Shown one piece after another: positions 47,493 through 56,753 of a stretch of DNA of 64,000 bases. The translations under genes were made by a program, and so were the position numbers. Below the pieces are notes generated by a model that ran no database searches, was not told the DNA's origin, and was given only the letters and a program-made list of their open reading frames with translations. Positions within the stretch are counted from its first letter, which is position 1; every line of letters starts with the position of its first letter. Origin of the DNA: an uncultured Gammaproteobacteria bacterium (GTDB taxonomy: Bacteria > Pseudomonadota > Gammaproteobacteria > UBA9214); contig CAVQCA010000154.1 of NCBI GenBank assembly GCA_963710815.1, forward strand, positions 8,750-72,749, in the 5' to 3' direction.

Positions 47493-48301
47493 GTTTCGTA
47501 TCTCGCAGCAGTTGCCAGACGCCTATCGAGCCGGTCGCGCAGGCGGTCGCCCAGCAGGTTGACCGACAGCACCACGGCGCAGATCGCCGCGCCGGGCGCC
47601 AGCACCAGGTGCGGCGCCACCAGCATGTAGCGCGTGCCGTCGCGGATCATGGCGCCCCAGGAGGCGCCCGGCGGCTGTACGCCAAGCCCCAGGAACGACA
47701 GGCCGGCCTCCGCGATGACCACGGCCGCGACGCCGAAGGTGGCTTCGACAATCAGCGGGGCGGCCATTAGCGGCAACAGGTGCCGCGCCATGATGCGCAG
47801 CCGGCCGCTGCCCAGGCACTCGGCCGCCATGACGTGCTCCCGGTGCCTGAGCGAGAGCACCTGCGCGCGCGACAGGCGAGCATAACCGACCCAGCCGACA
47901 GTGGCGAGCGCCAGCACCACGTTGCCGATGCCGGGGCCCAGCAGGCCGGCAAGCGCAATGGCCAGCAGGATGCCCGGGAAGGCGAGGAAGATATCGATGA
48001 CCTGGACGATGAGCCGGTCCCACCACCCGCCCCGGTAAGCACTGACGGTTCCGATCAGGGTGCCGAGCAACGCCGAGAGACTCACTACCCAGGCAGCGAC
48101 AAGGAAGGAGGTGCGCGCACCCACCAGCAGGCGTTCGCCGATGTCGCGGCCGAGATCGTCATAACCGAGCCACGCACCCGGCGCCGGTGGCCCAAGGATA
48201 TGTTCGAGGTGAATCAGGTCGGGCGTGAGGGGCAGGAAACCGGCACCGAGGGCAAGCAGCCCCCAGAGCCCCAGCAGCGCGACCGGTAACCCCAGCCGCA
48301 T
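47489..48301 (-). CDS. Dpp/Opp-type ABC transporter permease (C subunit)
   Basis: Starts MRLGLP at 48301; LGYDDLGRD, EAA-loop region REHVMAAECLGS...MARHLLP, EAGLSFLGLG, SWGAMI. Confidence 0.92.
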   Translation of the reverse strand: MRLGLPVALLGLWGLLALGAGFLPLTPDLIHLEHILGPPAPGAWLGYDDLGRDIGERLLVGARTSFLVAAWVVSLSALLGTLIGTVSAYRGGWWDRLIVQVIDIFLAFPGILLAIALAGLLGPGIGNVVLALATVGWVGYARLSRAQVLSLRHREHVMAAECLGSGRLRIMARHLLPLMAAPLIVEATFGVAAVVIAEAGLSFLGLGVQPPGASWGAMIRDGTRYMLVAPHLVLAPGAAICAVVLSVNLLGDRLRDRLDRRLATAARYET

Positions 48302-49230
48302 CAGCCGCCGCCCCCGAGGCGGATGCGCGGATCGGCCCAGGCGTAGGCGATATCCGTCAGCAGGTTCGCCAGCACGTAGCCGAGACTGATCAGCAGCACG
48401 CATGCCTGCACCACCGGGTAGTCGCGAGACTGGATCGCCTCGATGGTCAGCAAGCCGATGCCCGGCCAGGAGAACACCGTTTCGGTAATCACGGCGCCGG
48501 CCAGCAGGGCGCCGAGTTGCAGCCCCAGCAGGGTGATGACCGGCAGCAGCGCATTGCGCAGGCCGTGATGGAGAATCACCCGGTGCGGCGGCAACCCCTT
48601 CGCACGCGCCGTGCGGATGAAGTCCTCGCCCAGCACCTCCAGCAGACTGCTGCGCACCATACGCGAGAGCACCGCCGCGAGTCCGGTGCCGAGGGTCACG
48701 GCCGGAAGCACCACCGCGCCAGGACCCCCGCGCCCGCTCACCGGAAACCAGCCCAGCCACAGCGAGAACACCAGGATCAACAGCGGCCCCAACCAGAAAT
48801 TGGGCAGAGAGACACCCAGCATGGAAAACGTCATGGCGCCGCCGTCCCACGGGCTGCCGCGGCGCACGGCGGCGAGCACGCCGAGCGGCAGCGCCATGGC
48901 CAGGGTGAACACCAGCGCCACGCCAGCGAGCAGCAGGGTCGAGGGCAGGCGTTCCCGCAGCAGGTCGATGACCGGGCGGTGCGACTGCAGCGAGGTCCCC
49001 AGATCGAACCGCAGCAGGCCGTGGAGGTAATGCGCGAATTGCACCATGACCGGCTGATCCAGCCCCATGGCGGCGCGCAGGGCCGCGCGGTCTGTCGCGG
49101 AGGCGGCCTCGCCCAGCATGACCTCGACCGGATCGCCTGGAATGAGATGGATCAGCAGGAACACGATGGTGATGACCCCGAACACAACCACTACGGCGCC
49201 GGCCAGGCGTTGTGCAAGATAGGTCAGCAT
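48301..49230 (-). CDS. Dpp/Opp-type ABC transporter permease (B subunit)
   Basis: LIPGDP, GLDQP, DLGTSL, EDFIRTARAKGL, VITETVFSWPGIG, RDYPVVQ, DPRIR. Confidence 0.92.
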   Translation of the reverse strand: MLTYLAQRLAGAVVVVFGVITIVFLLIHLIPGDPVEVMLGEAASATDRAALRAAMGLDQPVMVQFAHYLHGLLRFDLGTSLQSHRPVIDLLRERLPSTLLLAGVALVFTLAMALPLGVLAAVRRGSPWDGGAMTFSMLGVSLPNFWLGPLLILVFSLWLGWFPVSGRGGPGAVVLPAVTLGTGLAAVLSRMVRSSLLEVLGEDFIRTARAKGLPPHRVILHHGLRNALLPVITLLGLQLGALLAGAVITETVFSWPGIGLLTIEAIQSRDYPVVQACVLLISLGYVLANLLTDIAYAWADPRIRLGGGG

Positions 49231-49410
49231 GCGTGTCGGTCGGCAGGCGGGCGCGGGTCCATTCAGGGTTTTGCAGGCGGCGGCTTCCGCGTGCAACCAT
49301 AGACAAACCTTTCCCTGCAGGCAAGCGCATCCATGCGATGAACGGCCTCCTGCGGACTTGCTTGTGCCCGAGTGTGTTTCCTGACCGGGGGGGCTGCTGT
49401 ACTTTTTGTT

Positions 49411-50682
49411 TTACGAACGCGAGGGGATCTGGAGGTGATTGTCCCCGCCCGGGGCGTCGTTATGCGCGTACCGGCGCCTGAGCAGTCGCGCCAGGAGTGC
49501 CGTGAAGGTGCGGAAACCGGGTTTGAAGGGATGGCACTCGCTTTCCCGTGAAATCCCCCGAGGCGATACGTCGACAGGCGCCGGGTCGAGTTTACCGGCC
49601 ACCAGTCCGAGATAGACATCCGCAGCCGGCACGGCGGACAGTCCGTCCATGCAGGTCTTCAGATAGCCGATGTTTTCCACGCGTCTCGCCAGTGACGGCA
49701 TGGGATCATCGTGGCGTGGTTCTCCGTCCATGGCCTGCTTCAGCCACTGCCCGGCCCGCTCGCCCTGCAGCCCGGCACGTAATACCGAGACCATGCCCGC
49801 ATGGGGTTTCGGCATCGCCTGCCGCACGGTCGCCGACACTCTCCGGTAGACCGGCCAGTACTTCTCCTCGAGGTAGAAACGGCATACCGTCTCGGTCGTG
49901 ATCGCATCCAGCACTTCCTCACCGCTGCACACTTCCATCGCATAACTGTCCGCCGCCAGCTCGTCGAGACGGACAGCGGGCAGGCTGACCTGATCATAGA
50001 GCGGCGCGAAAACCGAGAAAAACCGCCGTACCGGCTGGAAGCCTGGCCGTGCCGCGGCCGCGGTCGCATCAGCGTACTGTGGCCAGATCCGGCGCAGTTG
50101 ATTGAGCCAGTTCAGCAGCAGGTTGTAGCGCTTCGAGAATTGCCCGAGGCGGCGTGCCAGCACGCAGCGGAACTGGACGGCGGAAAGACTCTGGATCAAT
50201 GGCAGTCCGATGACCAGGGTGTTCGCCGACCAGACGGGCAGGGCCCGGCAAGGGGTCTTCAGGACCTCGAGTTCAAAGGCGCCGGTGATCACCACGCGGT
50301 CGATGGCAGGGCCACGGTAGTGCCGGCACAGTTCACCCACCAGTGTGAAGAGCGCGGGCGCCCTGTTTCGCTCGAGCACGATGCCCGGAGGCAGGGCCGG
50401 TCTGAACCGCGCAATGCGGTAACTGACCAGAGCCGAACCTGCCGCCACGGCTGTCCAGATCAGGAGTTGCAGCCAGGCGATGGCCGGCCGGCCGGTGAGG
50501 GCATCATAGACGCCCGCGACGCCCGCCAGGACCAGCCAGGGAAACATCAGCAGCCAGCCGTAGCCGGCGAGCGCAAAAATGGTGGCCGTCAGCAGATAGC
50601 CACGGGGACGTGACTTCGCCAGACGGTCGATCCCCGTCCCGATGCGCTGCAGGAATAATTGCCGCCATCCCGTTTCTGGCAT
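49411..50682 (-). CDS. M48/HtpX-like membrane protein lacking the zinc motif
   Basis: Two N-terminal TMs, APALF..V..L, LVIGLPL...LS..QFRCVLARRLGQF (HExxH position), ELAADSYA. Confidence 0.65.
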   Translation of the reverse strand: MPETGWRQLFLQRIGTGIDRLAKSRPRGYLLTATIFALAGYGWLLMFPWLVLAGVAGVYDALTGRPAIAWLQLLIWTAVAAGSALVSYRIARFRPALPPGIVLERNRAPALFTLVGELCRHYRGPAIDRVVITGAFELEVLKTPCRALPVWSANTLVIGLPLIQSLSAVQFRCVLARRLGQFSKRYNLLLNWLNQLRRIWPQYADATAAAARPGFQPVRRFFSVFAPLYDQVSLPAVRLDELAADSYAMEVCSGEEVLDAITTETVCRFYLEEKYWPVYRRVSATVRQAMPKPHAGMVSVLRAGLQGERAGQWLKQAMDGEPRHDDPMPSLARRVENIGYLKTCMDGLSAVPAADVYLGLVAGKLDPAPVDVSPRGISRESECHPFKPGFRTFTALLARLLRRRYAHNDAPGGDNHLQIPSRS

Positions 50683-51032
50683 GAACTCGCCTCGACCGAA
50701 AGTGTATGCGATAACCGTGGATTACACGGTAGACACTGTAACAATCCGTCAGAATCATGCCGAGACCGGGGTCACGCTTCGAGCTCGCGGCATTGACCGG
50801 GCGTACGATGCCACCGTGTCAATTCGCAGCGTCGCGGGAATACAATAAGGCGCGGGCGTCGAAGGGCGCTTGCGCCTGGCGGATATCGATTCATGGCGAA
50901 GACATCTCCCCGGAACCCGGTACTGGGGTTCGGTTATACTTCGGGCTGACGAGTCTCCACTGGAGCAGTGCTACCGGAGTCGCGGCTCGATTGCGCAACC
51001 GGTAAAGGGAAAACAATCACAAGGAAATTCGC

Positions 51033-54000
51033 ATGCGCCTTGCTGCCCTGAAGCAGCCACGGTTTTATCTGCCCGCCGCCCTTGTTCTGCTCCTGGGTGT
51101 GGCGTCGGCCGTGGTATTTCATCCTGCCTTCCAGAAAAAGATGCTGCTCGACCACGTTGGCCCCCTGGTCGATTCGCTGGACATCGGTTACATCCATCTC
51201 ACGCCCTGGTCGCTGGAGCTGAAGCATGTCGTGGTGGGATATCGGGGCGGGCATTTCTCCATCGGTGATGGAACGGTGAAGTATTGCCTGTCGTCCCTTC
51301 TCCTGCTGAATCTCAACATCAAGACCGTCATCCTCAAGGATGTCAGCATCGATCTGGAGAAATTCAGTCCGCCGGAAACCGCGCCTGCAACGAAAAGCAG
51401 CGGGCCCTTTCCCGGCGTGCTGGCCTCGCTGCGGCACGGGCTCGGCTACACCCTCGGGAAGGTGATAATCGATGCCGCGGTCCGCCTGCCCGGGCAGCGG
51501 TCACTGACCGCCAGCATTTCAGGCGGAGGGATCAAACCGGAGGCCAATGGCGCCATCACGCTCGCCGTGCGCTTCAATACGGGCCACAAGGATGATCACA
51601 TCGACGTCGACGGCAGACTCGGCCTTGATCAGCTCACGCGAGGACGTTTCGCCGCAATCGAAACCGCGCTCGCCGTCCAGGCCAGACTGGCGGCGCTGCC
51701 GGAGACGGAACACGTCAATCTGGACCTGACCGTTACGCCGTCGACAGCGGCCGCCGACCAGCAGAAAACGCCTGACCACGCACAGGATGGTGAGGGGCCG
51801 CATTACCCGCCAGAGGCGCTGCGCCTTGCGCTGCAGCTCAATGACGGTAAAGGCAATAACCGCTCGGCCCTGGACCTCAAGGCCGGTTATGACGGCAATA
51901 CCGGCGGCATCGATGGTGACTACCGCGTCACCGCGAACGAACGGCTGGCGCAGCCCTATATCAGGGACACCGTCATACCCCCTGCCGCGGAAGTGCTGAC
52001 GGGCAAGTTCACATTCAACAGTGCAACCCTGACCGGCGACATGACGGTCACCAGTGACCTGCGGGTGAAAGACATCCGCAAGGTCCACCCCGACAGGCAG
52101 CTCCCGGAGATGCTGCAGCTCAGGAACAACTTCCGCGTATCGCTGCTGCCCGGCAGGCAGCTGCGGGTCGAGACGCTGGACACGACCCTGTCCGACAATG
52201 ACAAGCACCGGCCCCTGACATCGAGACTTGCGAATGATCTCAATATCCCCATGGACGATTTCGCCGCGTTCCTCCACCAGGAAAACACCCTGCTGGAAAT
52301 CAGACTGCCCGGGGTGCCGCTCATCTGGTTCACCGTGCTGCTGCCCGACTACGACATCACGGACGGCACCCTGAAGGCCGACCTCGAAGTGACGACCGAT
52401 GCGAGCGGCGCGATCCACCTCAAGCCGGTCAAACCCCTGCAGATCACGGGACTCACCATCAGGCAGCAGGACAAGCCCCTCATCCAGGGTCTCAACCTCT
52501 CGGTCCTGCCGGGCGCGACCTACGGCGGCGATGCACTCGGTGTCTCGCTGAAAAAGCTGGAAGTCGATGCCGGCAAGGGTGCAGTGGCCACGGCCGACCT
52601 CAGCGCCAACATCCCGCTGTCCGGAGACGGACGTTCCGATATCACCGCGAAGGCGCGGGCCAGTGTGGATCTGCACCGGCTGCTGGACATGCTCGCCATC
52701 AAACCGTCGGGCCGCAACACATTGCCCAGGCATCTCAACCTCGAGTATCAGGCCGCCGTACGGCAGCAACCCGGCGCGATGCATGTGAACAAACTCGATG
52801 CCAGCCTGTCGCTGGAGAACAAGACCCGGCTGCTGCAGGTTCAGCTGCTGCAGCCACTGGTCATAAAAAGCACGCCGGCCGGCCGAAAACTTGGCAACCC
52901 GGCGGGCAAACTGGCCACGCTCACCGTCAGCGATATCGATCTGAACTGGTTCTCCGCCTTCGTGCCGGGGGCCACGGTGAAAGGCAGGCTCTCCCGCGCG
53001 GACCTGACCCTGGCCGCGGACGCCGGTGGCGTAGCCACCCTGAGCCCGGCCAGGCCGGTCGAGATCCGTCATGTCACCCTTTCCACCCGTGACGGTGCGC
53101 TGCTCGATGACCTCGGCATCCGTTTGATGCCCGCCGTCCGCCTCGCGCCGGGAGGCACGCACATCGACTACCGCAACCTCGGCGTGACCAGTCACCGGAC
53201 GCGGCTCGTCTCCGGCAGCGGCCACATCACCCTGCCGGCCGCGGCGGATCAACCCCTCGCGGCCGACGGTCACCTCGACGTCGACCTGCAGGTGCTGTCA
53301 CGGCAGCCGCTCATTGCCCGGGCCCTGCAGGCCCCCTTCGATACACCACTGCGGCTGGCGGCGGATTACCGCCTGGCACGCAGCGACGCCGCGATCGATA
53401 TCGACCGCCTGTCCGCCAGGCTGTTCTACGGCACCCCGGAACCGCGGCTGTCGCTGCAGGCCGGGTCGAAACTGCGAGTGCGCACCCGGCTCGGCGGGCG
53501 GCAATCGGAACTCGGCCGCGCCACCGGCAAGGTCACACTGGCGCTGGCGAAGCTCACACCGGAACCGTTTGCGAGCATCCTCAAGGCCAAGGGCCTGACC
53601 TTCACCGAAGCCAACGGCAAGGCCGTGCTCACCTCGAATGGCCGGTCCCTCAACGTCACCACCGTCGACCCTCTCGTGATCTCGGGCATCGCCGTGCATA
53701 AAGCCGACGGCGGGGCCGCGCTGAACCCGTTTACCCTGACAATGAATTCAAACGCGACCCTGCAGGGCAATACCCTGCAGGCGACGCTGGATGAACTCAG
53801 CATCGCCTTTGCCCGCGACCGCGGCGCGCCTGCCCTCGATGCGCACGCCGACCTGACGCTGAAAGGCACCGGGGATGCCGTCACCCTCGATACCCTGAAC
53901 GCCGAACTGTCGGCCTCCCTGCCACCGCTCCTCGCTCAGCCCGCGGTCCTGCCCGGCAATACCCTGACGGCCGGCAGGCTCACGGCCAGCGTGCGGAAGG

Positions 54001-55355
54001 ATGCCGACGGAAAGCTCGGCGCAACCGCCCGGATCGCGGACCTGAAGGCCCGCAAGGCGCTGGCTTTGCAAACGCTGACACTGAATGTCGACGGGCGCCT
54101 CGACCCGGATGGCGGCTTCAACCTCACGGCGCCCCTTCGGCAACAGGGAAAATCCGGTGACAGCGACATACGGCTGAAGGCGGCGTATGCCCCCGCGGGC
54201 GGCAACCACAAGGTGGTGGATGTCGACATCGCCAGCACCGGCTTCTATCTCAATGACATTCTGAACACGCTCAACGCCATCGCGGGAAAACAGACGACCA
54301 CATCCACCGGGAAAACGAAGCCTGCGGTCGCGGCGCAGGAACCGCAGGGCCTGGATCTCAAGCCGGATACACGCGCCTTCTGGGACACGACCGACTATGA
54401 CGCACGCGTGAACTTCCGGTTCGATCGGCTTTTCTACACCGATTACCTCGAGTTCCGTGATATTCAGGGCCATGCCGCCCTGTTGCCCGACAAGCTCGAA
54501 CTCGGCGATTTCTCGGCGCATTTCCACGACAGCCCGATCACGCTCGACGGGCGTATGAGCTTTGCCCCCGGGGAGACACCTTACGACCTCAAACTGCACG
54601 CCGGCGTCAGGCAATTCGACCTGGCCAGTTTTTTCCGTGAACTCATTCCCGGCTCCACACCACGCGCCGCAGGGCTTTTCGATGTCAGCCTCGACGCCTT
54701 CGGCGCCTCGCCCAACCTGGCCCAGTACCGCAACAGGCTGTACTTCGACATGCGCCTGCAAAGCCGCGACGGCGTCTTCCGGCCGTTCAACCCGGACAGT
54801 GCGCTGCTGGCCGGCAGTTCCGGCTTCGCGGGCGTGTTCGGCGAGGGCGTGTCCAACATACCCACCGGCCTGTTCGGCCTGGGTGCGGTCTCGCGGCTCG
54901 TCAACTACATGAAGGAGATCAAGTACGACAAGATCGCGATTCACCTGGTGCGGGATGAATCCCGGGACGTGAAGATAAAGGAGTATGTCGTCCAGAGCCC
55001 CGAAATCCTGATGACTGCAACGGGCGGGATCAAATACCAGGAAGGCGTCGATATCACGGACAGCCCCCTGTCGATGGAGGCGAGAATCGACATGCGCGAG
55101 CGCGGCGCTGCCATTCTCTACAGCCTGGGCCTGCTGCAATCGGAGAAGGACGGCTACGGCTACTGGAAGGGCCCCGTTTTCAAGGTCTGGGGCAATATCG
55201 GGCGCACGCAGTCGAATCTCGATGACATCATCGGCGAGGCAGGTCAGGGAGCCGTGCTCGGCGGCATCACCCGTCCGGTTTCCGGATTGTGGGGCAACCT
55301 CAAGTACTGGTGGTTCGGCGGCGACAAGCCCCCGATCGAATACGACAAACAGTGA
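51033..55355 (+). CDS. Very large AsmA/YhdP-like envelope protein (1440 aa)
   Basis: AAGGAAA RBS, single N-terminal TM, beta-rich repetitive body, C-terminal segment resembling the AsmA-like C-terminus followed by an amphipathic helix; host-like codon usage. Confidence 0.7.
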   Translation: MRLAALKQPRFYLPAALVLLLGVASAVVFHPAFQKKMLLDHVGPLVDSLDIGYIHLTPWSLELKHVVVGYRGGHFSIGDGTVKYCLSSLLLLNLNIKTVILKDVSIDLEKFSPPETAPATKSSGPFPGVLASLRHGLGYTLGKVIIDAAVRLPGQRSLTASISGGGIKPEANGAITLAVRFNTGHKDDHIDVDGRLGLDQLTRGRFAAIETALAVQARLAALPETEHVNLDLTVTPSTAAADQQKTPDHAQDGEGPHYPPEALRLALQLNDGKGNNRSALDLKAGYDGNTGGIDGDYRVTANERLAQPYIRDTVIPPAAEVLTGKFTFNSATLTGDMTVTSDLRVKDIRKVHPDRQLPEMLQLRNNFRVSLLPGRQLRVETLDTTLSDNDKHRPLTSRLANDLNIPMDDFAAFLHQENTLLEIRLPGVPLIWFTVLLPDYDITDGTLKADLEVTTDASGAIHLKPVKPLQITGLTIRQQDKPLIQGLNLSVLPGATYGGDALGVSLKKLEVDAGKGAVATADLSANIPLSGDGRSDITAKARASVDLHRLLDMLAIKPSGRNTLPRHLNLEYQAAVRQQPGAMHVNKLDASLSLENKTRLLQVQLLQPLVIKSTPAGRKLGNPAGKLATLTVSDIDLNWFSAFVPGATVKGRLSRADLTLAADAGGVATLSPARPVEIRHVTLSTRDGALLDDLGIRLMPAVRLAPGGTHIDYRNLGVTSHRTRLVSGSGHITLPAAADQPLAADGHLDVDLQVLSRQPLIARALQAPFDTPLRLAADYRLARSDAAIDIDRLSARLFYGTPEPRLSLQAGSKLRVRTRLGGRQSELGRATGKVTLALAKLTPEPFASILKAKGLTFTEANGKAVLTSNGRSLNVTTVDPLVISGIAVHKADGGAALNPFTLTMNSNATLQGNTLQATLDELSIAFARDRGAPALDAHADLTLKGTGDAVTLDTLNAELSASLPPLLAQPAVLPGNTLTAGRLTASVRKDADGKLGATARIADLKARKALALQTLTLNVDGRLDPDGGFNLTAPLRQQGKSGDSDIRLKAAYAPAGGNHKVVDVDIASTGFYLNDILNTLNAIAGKQTTTSTGKTKPAVAAQEPQGLDLKPDTRAFWDTTDYDARVNFRFDRLFYTDYLEFRDIQGHAALLPDKLELGDFSAHFHDSPITLDGRMSFAPGETPYDLKLHAGVRQFDLASFFRELIPGSTPRAAGLFDVSLDAFGASPNLAQYRNRLYFDMRLQSRDGVFRPFNPDSALLAGSSGFAGVFGEGVSNIPTGLFGLGAVSRLVNYMKEIKYDKIAIHLVRDESRDVKIKEYVVQSPEILMTATGGIKYQEGVDITDSPLSMEARIDMRERGAAILYSLGLLQSEKDGYGYWKGPVFKVWGNIGRTQSNLDDIIGEAGQGAVLGGITRPVSGLWGNLKYWWFGGDKPPIEYDKQ

Positions 55356-55395
55356 CCCCGTGAATCCCGCATCAAATCCGAAGAGTCACGGTGCC

Positions 55396-56517
55396 ATGTT
55401 GAAGATAATCCGCTCCGAAGCCGCTTTCATAGTCACGGCACTGTCGGCGGTGGCCTTCTACACGATTGGCAAGGGCTGGCTCGACGGGTTCGGCAACCCG
55501 ATCCTGTACACTGCCCTTTTTCTGTGGCTCTTCGGCACGATGCTGTGGAGTTCCTTTTCCGCCGTTCGCCACGCTGATTGCCTCGCCGTATTGCTCGGCG
55601 AGCCTCTGGGCACTCTGGTCCTGACAATATCGGTGATCAGTATCGAGGTCTCCGTCATCGCAGCGGTCATGCTTCACGCCGGGCCCAATCCGACACTCGC
55701 CCGCGACACCATGCTTGCCGTCATCATCATCGTCCTCAACGGCATGGTGGGCCTGTCGCTGCTCGTCGGCGGTATTCGCCACCGGGAACAGAATTACAAC
55801 CTCCAGGGTACGCGCTCATACCTGAGCGTCATCATCACGCTGGCGACGCTGTCCCTGATCCTGCCCCGCTTCACAACTTCAACGTCCGGTCCGACCCTGA
55901 CCACGTCACAGGGCCTGCTCTTCGCCGTGATCACCGTCCTGCTTTACGCGACATTCCTCGCAATGCAGACGGTTCGCCATCGCGACTATTTCATTGTTCA
56001 GGACGAGGCCGAGGATGCGTCACAACACGGGTCGCATCATGGCAGAAAAGGGCCCCTGAAGCCCCGCTCCACGACCTATCACGCCATGTTTTTGATGCTG
56101 ACGCTGATCCCGATCGTTCTGCTTTCGAAGAAGCTCGCGGTCGTCGTCGATTTCGGCACGGATGCGCTCGGTCTGCCTGTGGCGCTGGGAGGTGTCCTCG
56201 TCGCGATTCTCGTGCTTTCTCCGGAAGGGCTCGCGGCTTATGAGGCAGCCGCGGTCAATCATCTTCAACGCGCGGTGAATATCTGCCTCGGTTCGGCGCT
56301 CGCGACGATCAGCCTGACAGTTCCGGCCGTCGTTGTTATCGGGTTGATCAGCGGTATTCACGTTGAACTGGGACTCGACCCGAACGAGATGGTCCTCCTC
56401 GTTCTGACCCTGGTTATCAGCGTGCTGACGTTCGGAGCGACGCACACCAACATGCTTCAGGGTGCGGTCCATCTGGTGATATTTTTCGCCTATCTCATCC
56501 TGATCTTTCAGCCCTGA
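55396..56517 (+). CDS. Ca2+/H+ antiporter (CaCA/ChaA family)
   Basis: HADCLA..LGEPLGTLVLTISV..IEV, IVLNGMVG, GG.RHREQ, SPEGL, LGSALATISLTVP. Confidence 0.9.
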   Translation: MLKIIRSEAAFIVTALSAVAFYTIGKGWLDGFGNPILYTALFLWLFGTMLWSSFSAVRHADCLAVLLGEPLGTLVLTISVISIEVSVIAAVMLHAGPNPTLARDTMLAVIIIVLNGMVGLSLLVGGIRHREQNYNLQGTRSYLSVIITLATLSLILPRFTTSTSGPTLTTSQGLLFAVITVLLYATFLAMQTVRHRDYFIVQDEAEDASQHGSHHGRKGPLKPRSTTYHAMFLMLTLIPIVLLSKKLAVVVDFGTDALGLPVALGGVLVAILVLSPEGLAAYEAAAVNHLQRAVNICLGSALATISLTVPAVVVIGLISGIHVELGLDPNEMVLLVLTLVISVLTFGATHTNMLQGAVHLVIFFAYLILIFQP

Positions 56518-56753
56518 TGCGACCCTTGCACGATTCCGTCTGACAACCACGCAGGGTTCGGCCGGAAATGCGCATATCCCCTGCCGACCATGGCGATGCG
56601 GCTCTACCCCTGGCTGCCGATCCGCCGGCAAGGTATGTCGCGTCACACCCGGACCGACCCAGACCTCAACTGCAGGAGAAACCCTAATAAATCAGCCGGA
56701 CAGGGTCAGGGTCTATACTCTACAGCGTAGGTCATGACGGAGGGGTAACGGCA

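Noticed and set aside
47489-49330. 613-aa ORF suggesting a fused permease
   Set aside because: Only the part from 48301 (MRLGLP) looks like a permease. The upstream part is an off-frame shadow of the B-subunit gene.
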